DNA from: an uncultured bacterium
GTDB taxonomy: Bacteria; Nitrospirota; Nitrospiria; Nitrospirales; Nitrospiraceae
Assembly: GCA_965233175.1 (NCBI GenBank)
Contig: CBDDRW010000099.1
Location: 1,121 to 65,120, forward strand
DNA length: 64,000 nucleotides
Reading direction: 5' to 3'
Shown: piece after piece, positions 36,747-47,282 of the stretch
Position numbering within the stretch: position 1 is the stretch's first letter
Layout of the letters: every line of letters begins with the position of its first letter
The notes under the pieces: generated by a model
Database searches by the model: none
What the model was told of the DNA's origin: nothing
The model's input: the letters and a program-made list of their open reading frames with translations, nothing else
Translations under genes and position numbers: made by a program

Positions 36747-38150
36747 TCATTCATTCGCCTTGGAGACGGATATGTTCTGCGCAATAGAAATACGCACCAG
36801 ATGCACCACCAGCAGAAATCCATAGACGACGCAGAAGAACTTGAACGTCGCGCGGTAGAAATCCGATAGGAGGATGGGAAGACAGAGGGCAAAGAGGAGA
36901 CTTGCGATCAGCGTCATGAAGGTCAGCCGTTTACAGAATTCATGGGAGGCTTCCCGCCCGATCTGTTTCAGGGCGCGGGCATACCGATCGGCTCGTTGAA
37001 GTTTGGCTGCTTTCAAGGCTCCTTCCGCCGCACCCCAATAGCGTAAATAGCCATAGCCAACCAGGATCAACAGCCAAGGTGCTGCCCACAAAGGCCAATA
37101 GGTTGGACCTCCGTATGTTTCACTGGCAAGCAGGGCAGCGAAGGAGGGGGCATAGAGCAACCCCAACACCAGCGGCAGAATGCGCTCATCGTTCGGACGC
37201 TCACCCTCCGGTCCTCCATGAATCAGTTCACGCTCAAAGAGCGGATATCCATACTTGAGCACGACAAGCGCGATCGCTGCACTCATGGTTTTATCCGGAA
37301 CATAGCGAATCCAGTTCTGAAACCAGTTCACGATCCACCAACTCAGACTGTCACCCCACGTCAACCCAAAGAGGGAGTCGAGATAGAGATGCGCCGTCTG
37401 TTCCCATTTGAGCACACGCTGGCTCACGGACTCGGCCACGTCAGGGTTCAAGGCAAAAATCGTTTGCTCATGCAATGCCGCTTGGATCACAGTTCCCGGC
37501 AAACTCATGACGAGCGCGCCGCCGACACCAAAGATGTACAGGAACCAACCATGGGAGAGAGCGGAATTGCGCCCGGTGCGGAGATAGGTCTGAAAGCCGA
37601 GTTGCCTCGCCATCCAGCCCCAATAGAATGCGCCGGCGATGTTGACCAGCGACCAGGGGAAAATGACCACATCTCCCCCTGTTTCTGGGTACAATAACCA
37701 GTTCACAACGGAATTCGAGAGGAGCGCGACAATGGCCCCCCACCAGGGGCCCAAGAGAAACGCCACGAGTGCTGTTCCTGTCATATCGAGAAACAGGATA
37801 CTCTCCAAATGCCGGCTCAACGTCAGCCCAATGTAGTTGAGCAGCAGGCCTGCTGCGACGATGACGCTGGTTTCGTACAAGAGCAGATAGGAAACCCCTC
37901 GGAGGGGTTTTGATGAAAAAAACCCGGTCGTCGAAGGCGAGTCAGCAGTCGCACGCTCGATTGGGGACGGCGATTTTCGTTCCTTCTTCGATGTCAGCGA
38001 CGTAAAACGGGCTTTGACTTCGAGTAGCTTCTCCAGAAGAGTCAATACCGTCGCGATGAAGCCAACGACAGTGCCGCCAAGCATGAGCATGTCTTTGCTG
38101 AAATCGTCGAGCATGAAGCGGCTCCTTGTATCGGGTGCTATTGTAGCCAC
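36747..38150 (-). CDS. Polytopic membrane protein, function unknown
   Basis: At least 8 hydrophobic segments; no motif recognised. Confidence 0.6.
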   Translation of the reverse strand: MATIAPDTRSRFMLDDFSKDMLMLGGTVVGFIATVLTLLEKLLEVKARFTSLTSKKERKSPSPIERATADSPSTTGFFSSKPLRGVSYLLLYETSVIVAAGLLLNYIGLTLSRHLESILFLDMTGTALVAFLLGPWWGAIVALLSNSVVNWLLYPETGGDVVIFPWSLVNIAGAFYWGWMARQLGFQTYLRTGRNSALSHGWFLYIFGVGGALVMSLPGTVIQAALHEQTIFALNPDVAESVSQRVLKWEQTAHLYLDSLFGLTWGDSLSWWIVNWFQNWIRYVPDKTMSAAIALVVLKYGYPLFERELIHGGPEGERPNDERILPLVLGLLYAPSFAALLASETYGGPTYWPLWAAPWLLILVGYGYLRYWGAAEGALKAAKLQRADRYARALKQIGREASHEFCKRLTFMTLIASLLFALCLPILLSDFYRATFKFFCVVYGFLLVVHLVRISIAQNISVSKANE

Positions 38151-38271
38151 GAAGGGATCTCCCCACCAGAAAAAGTCCAGAAGCCAACAGGCTGATTTGG
38201 TCTAGGTAGTTGGCCTGGTGAGTCTCGTCCGATTGAGAAAACCGATGACACCAGAAGGACCCGTGATCTTC

Positions 38272-39156
38272 TTATGCCGACGGATTCTTCGGTACGGCAT
38301 GGTCTGACTGCACAGCTCTCGTCACGGCGGCTGATAGGACCTGCGCCTGCTGCTGGAGACGATGGGCGACCTCGGCGCCGAACAGCAAGAGGGCCGCGGA
38401 GTAGTACACCCATAAGAGCAGTAGAATGACTTCCAAAAGTGATCCATAGAGGTCACCGTAGACGGTCGCGTAGGTGCTATAAATCACGAACAAGAGTTTG
38501 GCAGCGACCCAGAGCAGGCTGAACGTCAGAGCCCCGATCATCGCCTCACGCCATTTTGGCCGCCTCCGAGGAACGAGCCGATACAATCCAGTGACTGAGA
38601 GGAAAGCCAGTGAGAAGGGGAGCGTATAGGCAAGAAACAGATCATGGGCTGCCAAGGCCAGGAGATCGAGCCCCCAGAGTCTTGGTGCATATCCCGTTAT
38701 AAAATTGACAGTTTGGGTTGCGATGTAGGAGAGAATCAATATCAGTCCGGTCACGCCGACCGAGGCCACCGCGATGGCGGTTGAGATGAGGGGATGGCGG
38801 CGCCAGGTACTTTCGAATACGACATTCAGCGCATAGTCAAGTTCGTAAAACACCAATCCGCCGAACCAGGCGAAGGTGAGAAATACGGCCCACCGGACGG
38901 TTTCCAACGCGCTCACTCGATGCAATTCCTTCACAACATGTTCTCCCATCGATGGGAGGAAGCCTTTGAGGAAACTGAGAAGGACCTGTTCCCCGATCAC
39001 GTCGTGACTCACCACAAAGCTCAGCCCATAGAGCAAGAGGAATACGAGCGGAAAGAGAGAAAGTAATGAGAAAAATGCAAGAGAGGCCGCTAGACTGGCG
39101 CACCCATGGCGCAGAAACGATCGAGCAAGATCTCGGAGGAAACGAAAAATCCGCAT
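38272..39156 (-). CDS. YihY/BrkB family membrane protein
   Basis: ASLAFFSLLSLFPLVFLL N-terminal signature and 6-TM layout. Confidence 0.82.
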   Translation of the reverse strand: MRIFRFLRDLARSFLRHGCASLAASLAFFSLLSLFPLVFLLLYGLSFVVSHDVIGEQVLLSFLKGFLPSMGEHVVKELHRVSALETVRWAVFLTFAWFGGLVFYELDYALNVVFESTWRRHPLISTAIAVASVGVTGLILILSYIATQTVNFITGYAPRLWGLDLLALAAHDLFLAYTLPFSLAFLSVTGLYRLVPRRRPKWREAMIGALTFSLLWVAAKLLFVIYSTYATVYGDLYGSLLEVILLLLWVYYSAALLLFGAEVAHRLQQQAQVLSAAVTRAVQSDHAVPKNPSA

Positions 39157-39237
39157 AAGATGCGAAAGGTCAAGGGCGTATCATCAACCTAACATGAGTC
39201 GCGCGCTCATGCACATACCGTCAGACGAAAGGATGAA

Positions 39238-40725
39238 TTATTTAAGAGTCAGGACAGATTGGAGCGCAAAGCTGACGAGAGGGTTGGGAAAGAGGCCGAA
39301 CAATATCACCCCCGCGACCGCGCATGCCAACACGAAGGAGAGGGTCGGTGAAGTGACGAGGTGTGGCGGCGCAACGGAAGAAGGGCTTGGATCGCGCATA
39401 TACATCACCATCACCACCCTCATGTAGTAGTAGGCTGATACCACGGCGAAAATCAGAGCGATGGCGGCGAGCCAGGCCAACCCTGCTTCGACTGCGGCCA
39501 TGAACACATAAAATTTTCCGATGAACCCGGCGGTCGGGGGAATGCCTGCGAGCGAGGCCATGAAAATCAGCATGAGAAAAGCCGCGAGTGGCTGGCGCTT
39601 TGCGAGGCCTGTAAAATCCTCGATCTCTTCTCCTTCAAGTCCACCTTTCCTCAGCATGCCGATGACGGCGAAGGCCCCGAGCGTCATGAAGGAATAGAGG
39701 ACGAGATAGATCATGATACTCGCAAGGCCGGGCGTTCCCCCGGACAGGCCGACGCCCCGACCTGCCGCCACAAAGCCGATCAATGCGTACCCGGCATGCG
39801 CGATACTGGAATAGGCCAGCATCCGTTTAATGTTCGTTTGCACAATGGCAACAACATTGCCGAGCACCAGCGTGACGACGGATATGAGGAGAAACAGAAG
39901 CGACCAATCGGCCTTGAGCCCACCAAGTCCTTCGACGAAGACACGCATAAACGCAGCGAAGCTCGCGGCTTTTGCGGCGACCGCCATGAAGGCTGTGACA
40001 GAAGTCGGTGCGCCCTGATAGACATCGGGTGTCCACATGTGGAACGGCACCGCCGCGATCTTAAATCCGAACCCCACTGCCATCAGGATCGTGGCAATCA
40101 ACACAAGAGGATCGTCCGCCCCACGAGTTCCAATCGCGCTGGCGATCGTTCCCAGCTTGGTGCTGCCAGTCAGACCGTAGAGCAGTGAGATGCCATACAG
40201 CAGGATCCCGGAAGAGAAAGCGCCAAGCACAAAGTATTTCGCTGCGGCCTCTAACGAGCGAGGCTTCGACCGATTCAGACCGGTCATCACATAGAGCGAG
40301 AGAGACATCAGCTCGGTGCCCAAGTAAATCGTCAGCAAATCGACACCGGAGATCATGACCATCATGCCGGAGAGGGCGAGGAGAATGAATCCATAGTACT
40401 CGCCGAGGTGTATACGCTCCGCTTTCAAATAGGGCCGCGACATCAAAATGGTCAGAGCCGCCACGCCACAGAGTAGGATTTTCCAAAATCTTGCATAGGG
40501 ATCGATCACAACCAATTCGCTGAATGCAGACACTCTGGCATTCAGTGAACTAATCTGGCCGATGATGATACCGAGACTGATCGTGAGCGCACCGACACTC
40601 AGCCAGGCCAGGAGGTCTCGCCGTGAAGCGGGCGTGATGGGGTCTAATGCGATAACGAGACAAGCCGTGACGACGACGATGAGTTCAGGAAGCAGAAGCA
40701 AGAGGTCAGCGCCGTACACACTCAT
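39238..40725 (-). CDS. nuoN: NADH-quinone oxidoreductase subunit N
   Basis: Antiporter-like subunit. Start at 40725 (MSVYGADLLLLLPE) forms an ATGA overlap with the nuoM stop. Confidence 0.9.
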   Translation of the reverse strand: MSVYGADLLLLLPELIVVVTACLVIALDPITPASRRDLLAWLSVGALTISLGIIIGQISSLNARVSAFSELVVIDPYARFWKILLCGVAALTILMSRPYLKAERIHLGEYYGFILLALSGMMVMISGVDLLTIYLGTELMSLSLYVMTGLNRSKPRSLEAAAKYFVLGAFSSGILLYGISLLYGLTGSTKLGTIASAIGTRGADDPLVLIATILMAVGFGFKIAAVPFHMWTPDVYQGAPTSVTAFMAVAAKAASFAAFMRVFVEGLGGLKADWSLLFLLISVVTLVLGNVVAIVQTNIKRMLAYSSIAHAGYALIGFVAAGRGVGLSGGTPGLASIMIYLVLYSFMTLGAFAVIGMLRKGGLEGEEIEDFTGLAKRQPLAAFLMLIFMASLAGIPPTAGFIGKFYVFMAAVEAGLAWLAAIALIFAVVSAYYYMRVVMVMYMRDPSPSSVAPPHLVTSPTLSFVLACAVAGVILFGLFPNPLVSFALQSVLTLK

Positions 40726-42284
40726 CGCGATGGGCCTTGAGCCGTAAGCGGCTCTGTGCCGCCCACCAGCAGTGACTCCGTCGTCCCTCCGGCGGAGGGC
40801 TGGGCAGTCGGCGCAATTTTCGCGCGGGACATGGAGGCAATCGTGTTGGTCACACTCTGATGCATTCGACTGACGAACGGATTGGGGTAGAGCCCGATCC
40901 AAAATATCAACAAGACAAGTGGAATGAGGGTAGCGAACTCTCGTTGATTCAAATCACTGAGTTTCGGGAGATGGTGTGGGGATGGGACCCCGAAGACCAC
41001 ACGTTGGACCATCCAGAGAAGATAGGTGGCGGCGAGGATAATGCCCAACGAGGCCAGGGCAGTCGCGACCTTGCTCCAGAGGAACGTGCCGACAAGCACC
41101 AGAAATTCTCCGACAAAACTATTGGTACCGGGGAGGCCGAGCGAGGACAGGGCGAAAATCACCAACAGCGTGGCATACAGCGGCATCGGCGCCGCCAATC
41201 CGACATTGTCGGCAATCAACCGGCTATGGGTGCGCTCATAGATGATCCCAACGCAGAGGAATAGCCCGCCTGTCGTGATCCCATGATTAACCATTTGGAG
41301 GACAGCGCCTTCGATCCCCTGCTGGTTCAGCACAAACAGGCCAAGAGTCACGAACCCCATATGGCTCACGCTCGAATAGGCGATCAATTTCTTGAGATCG
41401 ACTTGGGCCAGTGCCATATAGGCGCCGTAAATGATCGCGATGATGGAGAGGGCGACCATCATGGGCGTGAAGGCACGGCTGGCATCGGGTAACATCGGCA
41501 AACTGAATCGCAAGAATCCATAGGTGCCCATTTTCAGAAGAATACTGGCGAGAATGACGCTGCCCGCGGTTGGAGCCTCGACGTGCGCGTCCGGAAGCCA
41601 GGTGTGAAATGGAAACATGGGGACTTTCACCGCGAACGCGGCGAAGAATGCCAAAAAGAGCCACGTTTGCAGCGACGCCGGGTAAGTGCCTTGGCTGAGG
41701 GCAAGGATGTCGAACGTGTGTCCTCCATAAAAGTACAAAACGAGGATGGCCACCAATAACAGTACGCTTCCTGCGAGGGTATACAGAAAAAACTTGATGG
41801 CCGCATACAGCCGGTTGGGTCCTCCCCAGACACCGATCAGGAGGTACATCGGAATCAACATGGCCTCCCAAAATATGTAGAACAAGACAAAATCCAATGC
41901 GACAAAAACCCCCACCATGGCCGTCTCCATAATGAGCAGGACGGCCATAAAACCTCGTCGACTTGTGGTGATCGTATTCCAGGACGCTAAGACGCAGAGA
42001 GGCATGATTCCGGCAGTCATTAAAACCAGCGGGAGGCTGATTCCATCGAGACCCAGGCTATAGTAAATGGGAGGGGAGGTGATCCAGGCGACATGTTCGG
42101 TGAACTGCATCTGATTGGCCTGTGGATCGAAGAGCCACCAAAGTGGAACGGCAACCAACAGGTCTGCGAGGGTTGCGGCCAATGCAATCCAGCGCGCGGC
42201 CGATTCTGTCACGAAATACAGGGCGACAGCTCCCGCAAGGGGCAGCACGAGAAGGAGTGAAAGCCAGGGCAAGGAACTGGTCAT
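40722..42284 (-). CDS. nuoM: NADH-quinone oxidoreductase subunit M
   Basis: Antiporter-like subunit (WLPDAHVEAPTAGSVILA). Confidence 0.93.
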   Translation of the reverse strand: MTSSLPWLSLLLVLPLAGAVALYFVTESAARWIALAATLADLLVAVPLWWLFDPQANQMQFTEHVAWITSPPIYYSLGLDGISLPLVLMTAGIMPLCVLASWNTITTSRRGFMAVLLIMETAMVGVFVALDFVLFYIFWEAMLIPMYLLIGVWGGPNRLYAAIKFFLYTLAGSVLLLVAILVLYFYGGHTFDILALSQGTYPASLQTWLFLAFFAAFAVKVPMFPFHTWLPDAHVEAPTAGSVILASILLKMGTYGFLRFSLPMLPDASRAFTPMMVALSIIAIIYGAYMALAQVDLKKLIAYSSVSHMGFVTLGLFVLNQQGIEGAVLQMVNHGITTGGLFLCVGIIYERTHSRLIADNVGLAAPMPLYATLLVIFALSSLGLPGTNSFVGEFLVLVGTFLWSKVATALASLGIILAATYLLWMVQRVVFGVPSPHHLPKLSDLNQREFATLIPLVLLIFWIGLYPNPFVSRMHQSVTNTIASMSRAKIAPTAQPSAGGTTESLLVGGTEPLTAQGPSR

Positions 42285-42375
42285 CGGTCAATAGTCAATT
42301 GGCAATGGGCATTGGCAAGAGAACCGCTGTGCATGATTCCCCTGGACCAGTAACCGTCGACCATTGACGCTCCTT

Positions 42376-44274
42376 TTATAAGAATAAGAACATCGTCACA
42401 AGGACGACTGCCCCCAGCGCCATGCCAAGTGCATAATGTTGCGCCTGCCCGCTTTGCATGAGCCTCAAGAGCCACCCTCCCCAAGCGATCGCGCGGGCCA
42501 CGCCGTTCACCGCACCGTCGACCACGTTCACATCCACACGCTTCCATAGCTCGGTTGCGACATACAACGTGGGGCGGACGATTGTGCGATCGTACGCCTC
42601 GTCGACATACCACTTATTCAGGGAGGCTCGATACAACGACTGCCACTGTCGAGCGAATCGATCCGGTAGCGTGGGGTTGAGCACGTAGACATAATAGGCG
42701 CCGGCGATTCCGAGTAATCCCATGGCCGTCGCCACGACCATGATGCTGACGCCGACTCCTCCCTCATGAGCGACTCCGCCTGCGTGGGTTTCGAACATCG
42801 GTCCAAGAAAATCCGGAATGCCCAGATAGCCTGTTGCGATGCTGAGAATGGCAAGAATGATCAGCGGAAGAGTCATCGTCGTTGGAGATTCATGGATGTG
42901 GCCTGCATGATGAGGGTCGACATGCGAGGGACCCCAAAACGTGACGAAGACCAGCCGGAAGCTGTAGAACGCCGTCATCAACGCCGTTACGAGGCCCAAG
43001 ATCGTCAACCATTGACCGAGCGGTCCAGCCGACCAGGCCGAGATCAGCAAATCGTCCTTGCTGAAGAACCCGGACGTCAGGGGAAATCCTGCAAGGGCGA
43101 GCGAGCCCACGACAAATGTCCAATAGGTGACCGGCAATTTGTCCTTCAGCCCTCCCATGCGTTGCATGTCCTGTTCATGATGCAGGGCAATGATGACGGA
43201 CCCGCAACCAAGGAACAGGAGGGCTTTGAATGCGCCGTGGGTCAGGAGATGGTACATGCCGGATGCATAGGCGCCGAGCCCACATGCCATGATCATGTAC
43301 CCGAGTTGGCTGACCGTGGAGTACGCCACCACACGTTTGATATCGGTCTGGGTTAAGGCGATGGTCGCCCCCACGACCATGGTCACGCCTCCGGTAAGCG
43401 CCACCACCGTCATGGCGGTGGGAGACAGATTATAGAGTGGCGCCAAGCGTGCAACCATGAACACGCCCGCCGTGACCATTGTCGCCGCATGAATAAGCGC
43501 CGAGATAGGGGTAGGGCCTTCCATCGCATCAGGTAACCAGACATGGAGCGGCACTTGAGCCGATTTGCCGATCGCACCCGTGAACAAGAGTAGACAGATG
43601 AGTGTGAGAACGGAGACGTCCCATGTTCCCCCAAATGGTCCGAGAATATTCATCACGTCGCCGGCAGATTCGTGCGCACGAGGGAAAATTTCCTGGTAGT
43701 CAAACGATCCGAAGCTGTACCAGACCAAGAGGAGCCCGAGCATGAAGCCGAAGTCGCCGATGCGGTTGACGAGGAACGCCTTCGTGGCCGCAGCACAGGC
43801 AGTCGGACGATCGTACCAGTGGCCGATGAGCAAATAGGAACAGAGTCCGACGGCTTCCCAAAAAATGAAGAGTTGCAGCAAGTTGTCGGCCATCACCAAC
43901 ATCAGCATCGAGAAGGTAAAGAGGGCGATATAGCTGAAGAAACGGGCATAGCCAGGATCTTCGCGCATGTATCCGATGGTATAGATATGGACGAGAGAGC
44001 TGACGGTCGTGACGAGGAGCAGCATCACAGCGGTGAGTCGGTCGATAGAGAAGCCGATGTGAATATCGAGGATGCCGGAGGTCAACCAGGTGTAAAGTGG
44101 GAAGCTCGTCTGGTGGCCGTTCGCGACGTCGAAAAAGACCAAGAGCGAGAGGAGCCACGATACGAGGACAGCCGGAACCGCGACGAGATGGGCATTGTCC
44201 TTGATCCAATGGCCGAAAAGCCCGAGTATCAGGAACGAGACTAGTGGAAGAAGCGGAATGAATTCGTACGTCAT
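42376..44274 (-). CDS. nuoL: NADH-quinone oxidoreductase subunit L
   Basis: 632 aa; WLPDAMEGPTPISALIHAATMV; C-terminal lateral-helix region. Confidence 0.93.
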   Translation of the reverse strand: MTYEFIPLLPLVSFLILGLFGHWIKDNAHLVAVPAVLVSWLLSLLVFFDVANGHQTSFPLYTWLTSGILDIHIGFSIDRLTAVMLLLVTTVSSLVHIYTIGYMREDPGYARFFSYIALFTFSMLMLVMADNLLQLFIFWEAVGLCSYLLIGHWYDRPTACAAATKAFLVNRIGDFGFMLGLLLVWYSFGSFDYQEIFPRAHESAGDVMNILGPFGGTWDVSVLTLICLLLFTGAIGKSAQVPLHVWLPDAMEGPTPISALIHAATMVTAGVFMVARLAPLYNLSPTAMTVVALTGGVTMVVGATIALTQTDIKRVVAYSTVSQLGYMIMACGLGAYASGMYHLLTHGAFKALLFLGCGSVIIALHHEQDMQRMGGLKDKLPVTYWTFVVGSLALAGFPLTSGFFSKDDLLISAWSAGPLGQWLTILGLVTALMTAFYSFRLVFVTFWGPSHVDPHHAGHIHESPTTMTLPLIILAILSIATGYLGIPDFLGPMFETHAGGVAHEGGVGVSIMVVATAMGLLGIAGAYYVYVLNPTLPDRFARQWQSLYRASLNKWYVDEAYDRTIVRPTLYVATELWKRVDVNVVDGAVNGVARAIAWGGWLLRLMQSGQAQHYALGMALGAVVLVTMFLFL

Positions 44275-44390
44275 CTAGGAGTCGTCTCTCGTCGTTCGGT
44301 CCTCGCGAAGCGCTGCAAATGAGAAGTGTCCCACTACACACAATCCGTCAGTCACGAACGACGCTTCACGTTTCACGACAGACGGTTTCT

Positions 44391-44693
44391 TTACCATTTC
44401 AGTAATTGAAATTCGTCGATGTTGATTGCAGATCTGGCGCGGTACAAGGCAATGATGATGGCCAATCCGACCGCGACCTCTGCGGCGGCAACCGTGAGGG
44501 CAAAGAAGACAAAGACTTGCCCTGCGACGTCGTGGAAATACTGTGAAAAGGCGACAAAATTAATATTCGTCGCATTCAACATGAGTTCGACGGACAACAA
44601 GATGATGATGATGTTCCGGCGAAGGAGGACCCCGACGAATCCGGTCAGGAACACGATACCACTGAGAATTAAATAATAACTTAGAGGAACCAT
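44391..44693 (-). CDS. nuoK: NADH-quinone oxidoreductase subunit K
   Basis: 100 aa, 3 TM; [14 protein letters not shown]. Confidence 0.92.
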   Translation of the reverse strand: MVPLSYYLILSGIVFLTGFVGVLLRRNIIIILLSVELMLNATNINFVAFSQYFHDVAGQVFVFFALTVAAAEVAVGLAIIIALYRARSAINIDEFQLLKW

Positions 44694-44752
44694 GCGATAC
44701 TCACTTATGATTTTTCACTGTTCAATTCCGGTCATCACTGAACAGTGACCGT

Positions 44753-45262
44753 TCAACACTCGCCGATGTCTTTTTTGGCAAGCATGATCGCGCCAATCAT
44801 CGCGACGAGCAAGATTAGGGACGCCACCTCGAACGGAAACAAATAGGTGGAGTAGAGCACGTCCCCTATCGCTCCAGCATTGGTCGTCCCCCCTACAGTC
44901 GTCTCTGCGCCGGTTGCCACGACAGGAGCTTTCCAACCTTTCATCACCGTGAGAATAATGGCTTCAATGATCAGGGTCGCCCCCACGACGCCTGCCATAG
45001 GCCATTGCCGATGGTAGCGATCGTCTTGCCGCAGATTGAGCAGCATCACGACAAAGAGATAGAGGACCAAGATGGCGCCGGCATACACGATGACTTGAAC
45101 GGCCGCAAGGAACTCCGCGTGAAGCGTGACGTAGAGCCCCGCCACGTGAAAAAACATGATCAGCAATGCCAGCGCGCTGTAAACGGGATTGCGCAGCGCA
45201 ACGACCAGCACCGATGCCGCCGCAATCACGAACGCAAAATAGAAAAAGAATACCTGCTCCAT
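44753..45262 (-). CDS. nuoJ: NADH-quinone oxidoreductase subunit J
   Basis: 169 aa; NPVYSAL and VQVIVYAGAI motifs. Confidence 0.9.
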   Translation of the reverse strand: MEQVFFFYFAFVIAAASVLVVALRNPVYSALALLIMFFHVAGLYVTLHAEFLAAVQVIVYAGAILVLYLFVVMLLNLRQDDRYHRQWPMAGVVGATLIIEAIILTVMKGWKAPVVATGAETTVGGTTNAGAIGDVLYSTYLFPFEVASLILLVAMIGAIMLAKKDIGEC

Positions 45263-45370
45263 GTACGCCTCTTTCTCTATGCCTTAGGAGCCTGCCGGCC
45301 CCACAGTCCGTGGCGCGTCCCACGACGTGGCTCGAAACGGCGAGCCCTTCGAACCGTGAACATGGGCAAT

Positions 45371-45910
45371 TCAGCCGGGTTTTTGCGGCAGGTGCTTGAA
45401 CGCGACGTTGAAGAACGCCACATTCGGATGTTGGAGCTCCAACTGCTTTTCTCGAACCGGGAACGACCGGTCGCCGATGGCGAGCAATTGCTCCTTATTG
45501 AGATGCAGTTGCCGCTTGTCGTACACAGACCACTCGAATTCACGCGTCATGCCGAGAGCATCCACCGGACACGCATCAACGCACAGCCCACAGAACAGGC
45601 AGCGGGTCATGTCCATGTAATATTCTTTCGAATAGCGCTTCGTGGGCTCGCCCGGAACCTCCGCACTGACCACTCGAATGACTCGCGAGGGGCAGGCGGC
45701 TTCGCACAGATCGCAGCCGACACATTTTTCTGTTCCGTCCTCGTACCGCAACAACGCCAGCATCCCGCGATAGTTATCAGGCAACGTCCGCTTTTCATGC
45801 GGGTACTGCTCGGTGACCGGCCGATAGTGCAGCATATGCGACATCGTCGCTTTCATCCCGATGAGGATTTCGTAGAAGGTGATGGTCTTGATCCACGCTT
45901 TGAACGTCAT
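45371..45910 (-). CDS. nuoI: NADH-quinone oxidoreductase subunit I (2x[4Fe-4S])
   Basis: CVGCDLCEAACP and CLFCGLCVDACP. Confidence 0.93.
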   Translation of the reverse strand: MTFKAWIKTITFYEILIGMKATMSHMLHYRPVTEQYPHEKRTLPDNYRGMLALLRYEDGTEKCVGCDLCEAACPSRVIRVVSAEVPGEPTKRYSKEYYMDMTRCLFCGLCVDACPVDALGMTREFEWSVYDKRQLHLNKEQLLAIGDRSFPVREKQLELQHPNVAFFNVAFKHLPQKPG

Positions 45911-46018
45911 GATGATCCGGTCCGTGTCTTCTGTCTGTTTATTCGCCGCTCTTGTGTATCTCGTTGATTTCGATGTCTGTGTCTCTTACCTCAAAACGAA
46001 CGGCGCGCACAGATCGCC

Positions 46019-46136
46019 GGATGCTCAAAAATGCCGTCCAGCGCGGTCGCAGCAAGCGAAGAGGTGAGGCGTACGCTTCGGTACGTTGAGCCTCTGAGCG
46101 ATGCGAGAACAACGTTGGCGGACTTTTTCAGCATCC
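46019..46136. repeat. 118-bp imperfect-palindrome repeat element, copy 2 (inside the nuo operon)
   Basis: Same termini and core as 33542-33659. It ends 2 nt from the nuoH stop codon. Confidence 0.9.
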
Positions 46137-46138
46137 TG

Positions 46139-47263
46139 TTAACCCCTCGGAAAGAAATACAGAGTAATCGACGTGATGATGATGTTCGCCAATGCGATCG
46201 GCAGCATGACCTTCCAGCCGAACCGCATCAATTGATCGTAGCGCAGCCTGGGCAACGTTGCTCGTATCCAAATGAACAAGAAGAGGAAAAAATACACTTT
46301 CGCCGCAAACCAGATGATGTGTTCTATCCAGGACAGCTGTTCGAGGCCGACATACTCGAAGATCGTGCCAGGATAGGGGGCGTTCCAGCCGCCCAAGAAC
46401 AGCGCGGCAGCGACGCAAGACACGAGAGTCATATTGGCGTATTCAGCGCTGACGAAGAAGGCGAACCGCATACCGCTATATTCCGTAAAAAATCCAGCTA
46501 CAAGTTCACTTTCCGCTTCCGGCAGATCGAATGGGATACGGTTCGTCTCGGCCACGGCAGAAATGATGAAGACGACAAAGGCGAAAATTTGAGTGTGGAT
46601 CGGGAAGAATCCGTCAGGACGGCCTCCCCAAATGAACCAATGCCAGAATCCGCCCGCCTGAGCCTCTGTGATTTGCACCAGACTGAGGGTGCCCGCCAAC
46701 AGCAGCACGCCGACGAGCGCCAGCCCGACGTTTAACTCGTAGCTGATGACCTGGGCTGCGGCACGCAAACCTCCCAGCAATGAATATTTGCTGTTGGAGG
46801 CCCAACCTCCCAGAATAATACCGTAGGCGCCGATCGAGGCAATCGCCAGAATATACAAGACCCCGATATTGATGTCGGCGACGACGAAGGGCTTGATCGT
46901 CATCCCAAAAACGTCCAAGGTCAAATTCGGGCCGAATGGAATGACGGCAAATCCGATCATAGACACGACCATCGTCAGCATTGGTGCCAGAGCAAACATC
47001 GCCTTGTTCGCGCCGGCCGGCACAATGTCTTCTTTAAAGAATAATTTGATGCCGTCGGCAACCGGTTGGAGAAGTCCGTACGGACCGACTTCCATCGGGC
47101 CCATACGATCCTGCATCCAGCCAAGCACCTTCCGCTCGAAATAGGTCAAGGTCGCGACCGTGATCATTACAATGCTCATCTCTGCCAGTATCTGGGCGAA
47201 CGAAACCGCGAGCCGCAAGCTTAACTCCGTCACGACAACACTCCCGGATGACAAATAGAACAC
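46139..47263 (-). CDS. nuoH: NADH-quinone oxidoreductase subunit H
   Basis: FERKVLGWMQDRMGPMEVGPYGLLQPVADGIKLFFKED; GTG start. Confidence 0.92.
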   Translation of the reverse strand: MFYLSSGSVVVTELSLRLAVSFAQILAEMSIVMITVATLTYFERKVLGWMQDRMGPMEVGPYGLLQPVADGIKLFFKEDIVPAGANKAMFALAPMLTMVVSMIGFAVIPFGPNLTLDVFGMTIKPFVVADINIGVLYILAIASIGAYGIILGGWASNSKYSLLGGLRAAAQVISYELNVGLALVGVLLLAGTLSLVQITEAQAGGFWHWFIWGGRPDGFFPIHTQIFAFVVFIISAVAETNRIPFDLPEAESELVAGFFTEYSGMRFAFFVSAEYANMTLVSCVAAALFLGGWNAPYPGTIFEYVGLEQLSWIEHIIWFAAKVYFFLFLFIWIRATLPRLRYDQLMRFGWKVMLPIALANIIITSITLYFFPRG

Positions 47264-47282
47264 ACCATAGATCTTCGCCTAA

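Noticed and set aside
45005-45967. 320-aa plus-strand ORF. Similar long ORFs occur at 47586..48437, 51914..52738 and 54891..55676.
   Set aside because: All are antisense to nuo or methyltransferase genes with unmistakable motifs, and their own composition is low-complexity.
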